Virus record (IMG/VR): IMGVR_UViG_3300019758_000005
Coordinates: 1-40,672 of that record
DNA: 40,672 bases
Direction: 5' to 3' (one strand)
From: a virus
The translations under genes and the position numbers were made by a program. Shown here one piece after another: positions 8,039 to 14,423 of the stretch. Position 1 is the first letter of the stretch; every line of letters begins with the position of its first letter. The notes beneath the pieces were generated by a model, which searched no databases, was not told the origin of the DNA, and worked only from the letters and a program-made list of their open reading frames with translations.

Positions 8039-8075
8039 AAACGAATCACCAACTAGTAGGAGGTGCAGGCAGTAC

Positions 8076-8111
8076 CCGCCAACCACATGCGTGAGCAGCT
8101 GGGGCGGTTTT
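8076..8111 (+). terminator. Imperfect hairpin plus T4 about 40 nt downstream of P1
   Basis: CCGCC(aa)CC ... GGGGCGG followed by TTTT. The loop is large, so this is only a candidate attenuator. Confidence 0.35.
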
Positions 8112-8268
8112 AGGTATTCAGCGGGTATCTTTAGTTGAAATTAAGCTTGAATTCGAATATATAGCTTGATAGTAAATTCCGCTGAACTTTACAAGTCGAT
8201 ATCGGGAAAAGTAGGTAGTATCGGGCGTGATCAGAATGGAAAGTAACGCACTCCATTTGCCTGCTTTT

Positions 8269-8293
8269 CGCCAATATCAATTTGGCGGTTTTT
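8269..8293 (+). terminator. Hairpin plus T-run immediately before the RBS of the 8312 gene
   Basis: CGCCAA-tatcaat-TTGGCG followed by gTTTTT. Confidence 0.5.
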
Positions 8294-8311
8294 ATTAATA
8301 GGAGAGCAAAG

Positions 8312-8635
8312 ATGATAACCACAATAAGAGAGCTGTCAGATCAGACTGGCATCCCATCTGGAACCATTCATGCAAGAATAAAAGTTTACCCGATAAATAC
8401 AGAAGCTACCCGTCAAGGCTGTAATGAGCTTGTTTACCCTGTTGGCACATTAGAGGCATGGCATGCAAAAGTTGACAATATTATTTCAGGTTCTACTCGG
8501 TCGCTCACTGGCTTTATTAAGGCTGGCGCATGGGCAAAAAAGAAAGGCAAACCATTAGAAAGTAACCCGTATTGTTATAACACCGAGATTAAGCAGTACT
8601 GCGCATGGGCTGCAGGCTGGCATGATGCAAGATAA
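8312..8635 (+). CDS. HTH domain fused to an Rmf/CrpP-like C-terminal domain
   Basis: N-terminus IRELSDQTGIPSGTIHARI is HTH-like. C-terminus AWAKKKGKPLESNPYCYNTEIKQYCAWAAGWHDA follows the ribosome-modulation-factor / CrpP pattern (G..NPY...W..GW.DA). RBS GGAGAG, ATG 8312. Confidence 0.6.
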   Translation: MITTIRELSDQTGIPSGTIHARIKVYPINTEATRQGCNELVYPVGTLEAWHAKVDNIISGSTRSLTGFIKAGAWAKKKGKPLESNPYCYNTEIKQYCAWAAGWHDAR

Positions 8636-8648
8636 TAGGAGAGATAGA

Positions 8649-8891
8649 ATGTTAACAGTAAGAGTGAAAATTATAGATTACGACAAAGCTAGTAATACAT
8701 GTACAGCTCAATCACTTAACGGCGATATTTTTGAGTTAGATCCGTTTGTTGGTTGTGCTATTAGTATGACAGATGACGACTACAAGAAAGGTAAAGGGTT
8801 TGATATTGTAGGGAGGAGTTACTTGCTTACTGAATACACAGTTTACCGAGATAACGTGGTGCCTGACGAGGGAGGAATGATAGCTATATAG
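8649..8891 (+). CDS. Hypothetical protein
   Basis: RBS AGGAGAG, ATG 8649 (the track start at 8622 lacks an RBS). Confidence 0.55.
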   Translation: MLTVRVKIIDYDKASNTCTAQSLNGDIFELDPFVGCAISMTDDDYKKGKGFDIVGRSYLLTEYTVYRDNVVPDEGGMIAI

Positions 8892-8945
8892 CATTTCAAC
8901 TAGCAAGGGAATTCAACAAAAAAAAGATGCCCCAAAAAATAATAC

Positions 8946-8973
8946 TTGACGCACCCGCAAGAGGTGCTATCTT
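8946..8973 (+). promoter_or_regulatory. Sigma70-type promoter P2 (TTGACG-N16-TGcTATCTT), GGTGCTA family
   Basis: -35 at 8946-8951 and -10 at 8968-8973. The spacer shares CCCGCA and GGTGC with P1. Confidence 0.65.
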
Positions 8974-9001
8974 TACATAAACACACAAAAGGAGAGTACA
9001 A

Positions 9002-9172
9002 ATGAAATTCTTTATATTTATTATTTTAATACCAATGATTGCAGGCTTTGTTACGGGTCAGAATGGAGCTTCTTATTTTGTATTAGACGAGCTACCAATG
9101 GCTTTAGCTATAAATATTCCAATATGTATTATTTCTAATCTATTCTATTGGTCGACAGGAGAGTACAAATGA
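9002..9172 (+). CDS. Small membrane protein (56 aa, two hydrophobic segments; below the track cutoff)
   Basis: Hand translation: MKFFIFIILIPMIAGFVTG...MALAINIPICIISNLFYW. RBS GGAGAG. Its stop overlaps the next ATG (ATGA). Confidence 0.55.
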   Translation: MKFFIFIILIPMIAGFVTGQNGASYFVLDELPMALAINIPICIISNLFYWSTGEYK

Positions 9173-9681
9173 AAATACCAATGTACATGCTAATCATCTG
9201 GGTTGCGGTCGTATTCGGCGCGTTTACGTATGACGCGTTCGGTGACGAGGTTGAATTCCGTGCTACGGATATGACTTACACATGGGGAGAGAATCACAGC
9301 TTCCCTGTCACGCTTTACCAAGTTGGCTATACCAAGTACGTCACTAATGATGTGGGTTTGCGCATAATGGCAGGCGAATCAACCAAGGCAAGTGACGGGC
9401 ATACATTTAGCTCGCAAATGACACACTTCTTCACATTTAACGTGCATCGTCGTGTGCGCTTGAGTCAAAATATTAGCTTTCAGTATGGTGTTAACTATTC
9501 TGAGTATAAAGAACATGGCAAGCCGGACACTGGCACAGGCTATGCGGTTGCTGTGCAGTACAAACTTAATCCTAGTGTTGCGTTGAAGCTGTCTTATGAT
9601 GAGTACTATGAGAAATACAGTGAGCACTACGGCTTAGAGGAAACAAAAGGCTTGGGCTTGTCAGTTGTGGGAGTGTTCTGA
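9169..9681 (+). CDS. Outer-membrane beta-barrel protein (OmpX/Ail/Lom-like size) with signal peptide
   Basis: Signal-like N-terminus MKIPMYMLIIWVAVVFGAFTYDAFG, alternating hydrophobic strands, and a C-terminal beta-signal ending in Phe (GLGLSVVGVF). Start set at ATG 9169 with RBS GGAGAG. Confidence 0.65.
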   Translation: MKIPMYMLIIWVAVVFGAFTYDAFGDEVEFRATDMTYTWGENHSFPVTLYQVGYTKYVTNDVGLRIMAGESTKASDGHTFSSQMTHFFTFNVHRRVRLSQNISFQYGVNYSEYKEHGKPDTGTGYAVAVQYKLNPSVALKLSYDEYYEKYSEHYGLEETKGLGLSVVGVF

Positions 9682-9727
9682 TGAATTCTAATGCGGCTAT
9701 ATTTAAGATGATGAGAGGAGAGAGCAA

Positions 9728-10351
9728 ATGAAATACAAATGTATTAAAAGGCAGCCAGCTTGGGAAAACGTAAAAGTAGGCGAAGTCTATGAAGGCGAGG
9801 TATTAGACGGCCTACTTAAAATAGATGATGGTAGCTACTATGTAAAAGAGGGCTTCTTCGTGGCGGCAGAACCAGAATGGCTACCAAATCCAATGACAGG
9901 TGAGTGTCCTGTGCCTGATGGACATGATGTTGAAATAATGTTGAAAAATAATGTAAGGCATCGAGACAATGATCCAGAAGGATGGAATTGGAAAGCTATT
10001 GGTGATAAAGCAATTGCTCAATTCATAGACTGGACAGCATTCAGTCAGCAGCAAGCCAAGCCAACCCCAAACCAACAACCAGCACATGAATTCCTAGAAA
10101 AAGCACTAGGGCACATGCAAGACCGTGCGACCACATACGACTCAGCGAAAGGTGAGCGCAGCATGGGTAAAACTGTTGCTATGTTCAACTCTATGTATGA
10201 GCAAGAGCTAACAGAAGAGCAAGGCTGGGCGTTTATGTGCTTGCTTAAACTGGTTCGTACAAGTCAAGGCGATTTCCGCGCTGACAATTATGAAGATTTA
10301 GCGGCGTATGCTGGCCTTATGGGTGAGTCTGCTAGCCAAGGGGGTGAGTGA
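9728..10351 (+). CDS. Hypothetical protein with DUF6378-like C-terminal domain
   Basis: C-terminal DRATTYDSAKGERSMGKTVAMFNSMY...MCLLKLVRTSQGDFRADNYEDLAAYAG resembles a conserved phage domain recalled from memory. Not verified. Confidence 0.5.
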   Translation: MKYKCIKRQPAWENVKVGEVYEGEVLDGLLKIDDGSYYVKEGFFVAAEPEWLPNPMTGECPVPDGHDVEIMLKNNVRHRDNDPEGWNWKAIGDKAIAQFIDWTAFSQQQAKPTPNQQPAHEFLEKALGHMQDRATTYDSAKGERSMGKTVAMFNSMYEQELTEEQGWAFMCLLKLVRTSQGDFRADNYEDLAAYAGLMGESASQGGE

Positions 10352-11841
10352 TGATATGCCCATCATGCGAGTCAGACAACCTGAAAACACACTCAGCAAA
10401 CCCGCCACGATGGATATGTGGCGACTGCTCAAAGACAACGCGCAAGCCGTTAGACGGTTATCAGTTCCCCGTAGTAGAAAAAACCAGCGACCGCTTCGTA
10501 ATTACATGGGCGCAGAACGCAACGGCCCCACACGCAAGCACACTGCGTACGCTTAAGCAGTATTGCAAGCACAACAGGGCTCAGTTATTGGTCATACCAG
10601 GTCGTTACCGTAATGCCACTAGCGTATGGACTAAGGCGCAAGAAGATCAAGATTGGTGGGATAAAGAGCTAACGCCACACCTGCTAGGCCATGAGCTTGA
10701 GCTTAACCGTAACTTAGTCGTTGGCGGTGATGTGAGGCTAACACCTACCGCGGCGAATCCATTACAGGGCATGAAGACGATTAGCGGTCATAAGTCATAC
10801 ATTCTAGGCCATCCACAGATTGCATTCGAGACAGTGGCAACGCCTCAAAGTAAGCTGGCTAAGATTGTGACGACTACTGGCGCAATCACTAAGATGAACT
10901 ACAGCGACACAACGGCTGGCAAGAAAGGCGAGTTCCATCATGAGCTAGGCGCAACACTGGTTGAACTGGATGGAAGTAAGTTCCATATCCGCCAGCTTAT
11001 TGCTAACGGGCACGGGGTTATCTATGACCTAGACAAACGCTATGATGGCAAGACAATCAAATCTAAGCAGCGTGCTGAGTTCTTTGTGTCTGGTGATTTC
11101 CATGGGAAGTATCTTGACGAACAAGTAAAGGCAGCTTGGTGGACTGGTAAGGACAGCCTGTTCAACCTAATCAAACCAAAGGCGCAAGTGTTTCATGATG
11201 TGTTCGATGGTTATTTTGGTTCGCACCATCACAGGCACGACCCGTTTTTAGGTGTAAAGAAGCATTTTAAGGGTGAAAACGATGGCCAAAACGAATTAAT
11301 CGACACATTACAGAAACTTGATGACTGCTTATTAGCTGATAAAAACTACATTACGAAGTCAAACCATGATGAACACTTAGACCGCTGGCTAAAAGAAACA
11401 GATTGGCGCAAAGATCCGGCTAATGCTGAGTTCTACCTTGAAACGGCGCTAGAGATAGTTAAGGTCATCAAGCACGGTGGAAGCTTTGACCCGCTGGAGT
11501 ACTGGGCTAATAAGTCGGGACTGGCTAAGAAAGCTATATTCCTCAAGCGCAGCGACACGGTAAGCGTCAAGGATTACGTGTTGTCAATGCATGGGGACAA
11601 AGGCAGCAATGGCGCTCGGGGTTCACTCAAGGGCTTTGATGCTATCGGTTCGCGTAGTGTTACAGGCCATAGTCATTCACCAGGAAAAGAAAAAGGCGCT
11701 TGGCGTGTTGGTATTAGTTGCATTTATGGTTTAGAGTACGCAGTAGGTAGTCCGTCTAGCTGGATGCAAACGGGCGTTATTGGATATGCTAACGGCAAGT
11801 GTTCGCTGATTAGTTGTATTGATGGCAGTTACCGCGCCTAG
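10348..11841 (+). CDS. Zinc-ribbon plus calcineurin-like metallophosphoesterase (possible nuclease)
   Basis: N-terminal CPSC...CGDC. The C-terminal half carries ordered MPE motifs: SGDFHG, HDVFDG, SNHDEH, MHGDKG, TGHSHSPG. Confidence 0.65.
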   Translation: MMICPSCESDNLKTHSANPPRWICGDCSKTTRKPLDGYQFPVVEKTSDRFVITWAQNATAPHASTLRTLKQYCKHNRAQLLVIPGRYRNATSVWTKAQEDQDWWDKELTPHLLGHELELNRNLVVGGDVRLTPTAANPLQGMKTISGHKSYILGHPQIAFETVATPQSKLAKIVTTTGAITKMNYSDTTAGKKGEFHHELGATLVELDGSKFHIRQLIANGHGVIYDLDKRYDGKTIKSKQRAEFFVSGDFHGKYLDEQVKAAWWTGKDSLFNLIKPKAQVFHDVFDGYFGSHHHRHDPFLGVKKHFKGENDGQNELIDTLQKLDDCLLADKNYITKSNHDEHLDRWLKETDWRKDPANAEFYLETALEIVKVIKHGGSFDPLEYWANKSGLAKKAIFLKRSDTVSVKDYVLSMHGDKGSNGARGSLKGFDAIGSRSVTGHSHSPGKEKGAWRVGISCIYGLEYAVGSPSSWMQTGVIGYANGKCSLISCIDGSYRA

Positions 11842-11847
11842 TGCGCT

Positions 11848-11918
11848 TATGTACATATTCTGGTACTATTTATACATTAGTACTGGGATATGTACATTTT
11901 TTGGGGTTATTTATACAT
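11848..11918 (+). repeat. Two 30-bp imperfect direct repeats upstream of and overlapping the terS start
   Basis: TATGTACATATTCTGGTACTATTTATACAT at 11848-11877 and TATGTACATTTTTTGGGGTTATTTATACAT at 11889-11918. They match at 25 of 30 positions with 41-bp spacing. Confidence 0.8.
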
Positions 11919-12348
11919 GACTAAAAAGCTAACCCAAAAGCAAGAGAATTTCGCCCGATTATTTGTTGAATTGGGCAATCAATCCGAAGCTTATAGGCAA
12001 GCATACGAAACAACAGCAGGCCATGAAACCGTTAATGTAAGCGCCTGCAAGCTACTTAAGAACGCTAACGTAGCCCAAAGGGTATCTGAGTTAAGAGAAA
12101 ACATAGCAATGAAGCATGAAGTCACCGTTGACAGCCTCCTGAAAGAGCTAGAAGAGGCGCGCACAATCGCATTGACCTGTGAGACACCTCAAAGCTCTGC
12201 GGCCATCTCAGCGACAATGGGGAAGGCTAAGTTGTGCGGGCTGGATAAGCAGATTATTGATCATACTAGCTCTGATGGTAGTATGAGTCCTAAAGCCGCA
12301 AGCGATGCAGTACTAGACGCGCTCAATAAAAAATATGACTCCGAGTGA
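11917..12348 (+). CDS. terS: Terminase small subunit
   Basis: KLTQKQENFARLFVELGNQSEAYRQAY fits the Terminase_2-type N-terminus, and the gene lies directly upstream of the large subunit. The start is uncertain (ATG 11917 or ATG 11890). Confidence 0.75.
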   Translation: MTKKLTQKQENFARLFVELGNQSEAYRQAYETTAGHETVNVSACKLLKNANVAQRVSELRENIAMKHEVTVDSLLKELEEARTIALTCETPQSSAAISATMGKAKLCGLDKQIIDHTSSDGSMSPKAASDAVLDALNKKYDSE

Positions 12349-13726
12349 AATAGCGGACAATCGAACCGATCTATTGACTTTTGTTAGAACCATGTTCAAA
12401 GCTCGAAAGGGCTTAGACTTGGTTGACAATTGGCATCAAGAGGCAATATGCCAGGCACTTGAAAAAGTAGTGCTAGGCAGAACTAAGCGCCTTATTATTA
12501 ATATCCCGCCTCGATCTGGCAAGACAGAGATAGCTGTAATTAATTATATAGCTTGGTGCATGGGCAACTTCCCAGACTCCGAGTTCATTCACGCATCCTA
12601 TTCAAAGCGCCTTGCAACCAGTAACGCCTATAATGTCCGCGCAATAATGCAGCATGAGAAGTTTACAGAGATATTCTCACACACTGAAATAAAAGCAGAC
12701 AGCTCAGCTAAAGACGAATTCAGAACGGCTCAGGGCGGCATTGTTTACGCAACCGGTGCAGACGGTACTATCACGGGTTATGGCGCAGGTAAGATGCGTG
12801 ATACGTTCGGCGGGGCTATTATCATAGATGACCCACATAAAGCAGGCGAGGCTAACAGCGACACTATGCGCCAGAACGTGCTTGATTGGTTTAGCACTAC
12901 GATGGAAAGCCGGAAGAATAAACCCGATACGCCTATCATCGTTATCATGCAGCGACTACATGAAGACGACCTGAGCGGTTTCCTATTAGCAGGTGGTAAC
13001 GGCGAAGAGTGGGAACACTTAAACATAAGTGCCGAGGTTGACGGCGAATCATTCTGGTCTCAACAGTTTCCATGGGAAGAATTAAAGCGTAAAGAAGCGG
13101 CTAACTCCTACGTTTATGCTGGCCAGTATTTACAACAACCTGCACCTATTGGCGGTGGCATATTCAAGGACGCATGGTGGCAGTATTACACTGTCAAGCC
13201 TCAATTCGAGTGGCGTGCAATCTATGCGGATACAGCGCAGAAAACAAAAGAGCATAATGACTTTTCAGTATTCCAATGCTGGGGCAAGACAAAAGATGGC
13301 AAGGCGTACTTGCTTGATATGATTCGTGGCAAGTGGGAAGCGCCTGAGCTATTACAGCAAGCCCGTGCATTCTGGTCTAAGCATAAGAATTCAACCGATA
13401 CCGGCGCACTTCGAGCTATGAAAATTGAGGACAAGGTGAGTGGTACAGGCTTGATACAAACGCTGGGGCGTGAAGGCGTCCAAGTGAAAGCGGTTCAGCG
13501 TAATACTGATAAGCTAACCAGGGCAATGGATGCAGCCCCTAGCGTGGAGGCTGGCTTTGTTTATATCAGCACTGATGTGCCTGATATTACTGATTTCTTA
13601 CGAGAACATAGTCAGTTCCCTAACAGCAAGCACGACGACACGGTAGATCCATGCGTCGATGCTGTCAGTGATATGTTAGTGACTGGCAAGCGAGTCGCCC
13701 CGATTGCGTTTAGTTGGGCGAATTAA
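12335..13726 (+). CDS. terL: Terminase large subunit
   Basis: 463 aa. Walker A PPRSGKTE, Walker B AIIIDDPHK, and a C-terminal nuclease acidic motif HDDTVDPCVDA. Confidence 0.9.
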   Translation: MTPSEIADNRTDLLTFVRTMFKARKGLDLVDNWHQEAICQALEKVVLGRTKRLIINIPPRSGKTEIAVINYIAWCMGNFPDSEFIHASYSKRLATSNAYNVRAIMQHEKFTEIFSHTEIKADSSAKDEFRTAQGGIVYATGADGTITGYGAGKMRDTFGGAIIIDDPHKAGEANSDTMRQNVLDWFSTTMESRKNKPDTPIIVIMQRLHEDDLSGFLLAGGNGEEWEHLNISAEVDGESFWSQQFPWEELKRKEAANSYVYAGQYLQQPAPIGGGIFKDAWWQYYTVKPQFEWRAIYADTAQKTKEHNDFSVFQCWGKTKDGKAYLLDMIRGKWEAPELLQQARAFWSKHKNSTDTGALRAMKIEDKVSGTGLIQTLGREGVQVKAVQRNTDKLTRAMDAAPSVEAGFVYISTDVPDITDFLREHSQFPNSKHDDTVDPCVDAVSDMLVTGKRVAPIAFSWAN

Positions 13727-13871
13727 ACAAAGGCCGCAATACCCGCCCATCATGCCACTCGCAGCCATACTCAAGCCAGCGCACTACCTGCGTGCGACTA
13801 ACTCCTATTGAGCGGGCAAACTTTGATACGTTGCCCGCGTGGTTTTGGGTTATGTGCTGGGATAGGGTCAT
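13710..13871 (-). CDS. Small Cro/YdaS-like HTH protein (53 aa, below the track cutoff)
   Basis: Hand translation: MTLSQHITQNHAGNVSKFARSIGVSRTQVVRWLEYGCEWHDGRVLRPLFNSPN. Its ATG immediately follows the upstream stop (TAAATG). Its 3' end overlaps the terL 3' end by 17 nt. Confidence 0.6.
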   Translation of the reverse strand: MTLSQHITQNHAGNVSKFARSIGVSRTQVVRWLEYGCEWHDGRVLRPLFNSPN

Positions 13872-14123
13872 TTAATAACCACCTAATTTTTTGGCTTGCT
13901 TGTATTGAGATGTAACTCTGTTTACGTCTCGCCTAGCAGAGCAGGATTTACAACAGTCGCCAAGTCCATGCAATTGCTCTTTTGTGCATTTGCATTTTTC
14001 TCTTGCATCTAACACCATTTTTTGTGTTATTAATGAGCTGTAGTGCTTTAAAGTTAAAAGCTCTTGACTGTAGTGATCGGCATCGTTATCAAGCTTTACG
14101 CTTCCGATAAAATGAAAGGCCAT
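13872..14123 (-). CDS. Cys-rich small protein (83 aa), unknown function
   Basis: Track ORF containing KCKCTKEQLHGLGDCCKSC. Its start overlaps the upstream stop (TAATG). Confidence 0.55.
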   Translation of the reverse strand: MAFHFIGSVKLDNDADHYSQELLTLKHYSSLITQKMVLDAREKCKCTKEQLHGLGDCCKSCSARRDVNRVTSQYKQAKKLGGY

Positions 14124-14290
14124 TATCGGCCAACCATTTTGCTATGTTCTTCGTAAGCTTTCTGCCCTTCCAGTAGATCATTAAATGCATCTACAAGATT
14201 CTGGTTTGGATTGGTATTCCTAACCAAGGCCAGTGCGTTAATATAATCTTGCTCGAAAGGTGTTTTGTTTTTTGGTAGGTTGTTGTTCAT
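14123..14290 (-). CDS. Small hypothetical protein (55 aa, below the track cutoff)
   Basis: Hand translation: MNNNLPKNKTPFEQDYINALALVRNTNPNQNLVDAFNDLLEGQKAYEEHSKMVGR. A strong RBS (AGGAGG) lies 6 nt upstream. Confidence 0.55.
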   Translation of the reverse strand: MNNNLPKNKTPFEQDYINALALVRNTNPNQNLVDAFNDLLEGQKAYEEHSKMVGR

Positions 14291-14334
14291 GTTGTGCCTC
14301 CTAGGCGTTTTGTTTGTTTCGTTTCGATGTAGTA

Positions 14335-14362
14335 ATAATACAATACTGTGTTATTTATACAA
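14335..14362 (-). promoter_or_regulatory. Candidate promoter of the minus-strand cassette (TTGTAT-N16-TATTAT)
   Basis: On the minus strand the -35 is at 14362-14357 and the -10 at 14340-14335. The -35 overlaps the TATTTATACA box at 14352-14361. Confidence 0.4.
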
Positions 14363-14423
14363 GCATTAATTTCAATTTATTTTGGTATGTTACAATTAAC
14401 CCAATTATCTACAGGGCCAACTA

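Noticed and set aside
8143-8157. Polylinker-like run of restriction palindromes (AAGCTT GAATTC overlapping TTCGAA), considered as possible cloning-vector contamination.
   Set aside because: It is only 15 nt long, and the flanks on both sides are continuous with phage-like sequence. There are no other vector hallmarks, so it is most likely chance in AT-rich DNA.
8131-8322. Minus-strand 63-aa ORF in the P1 leader.
   Set aside because: It has no RBS, would start on top of the RBS and start codon of the 8312 gene, and has an odd composition. I treat the interval as non-coding.
10308-10556. 82-aa plus-strand ORF overlapping the 9728/10348 gene junction.
   Set aside because: It is out of frame within two better-supported ORFs, has no RBS, and has an Arg-rich shadow-frame composition.
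12423-12479. TTGACA (12423) and AGTGCTAGGCA (12468-12479) inside terL, considered as another GGTGCTA-family promoter.
   Set aside because: The spacing between any -35-like hexamer and the TAGGCA is wrong (9 or about 45 nt). The site is in the middle of a coding region with no downstream start.
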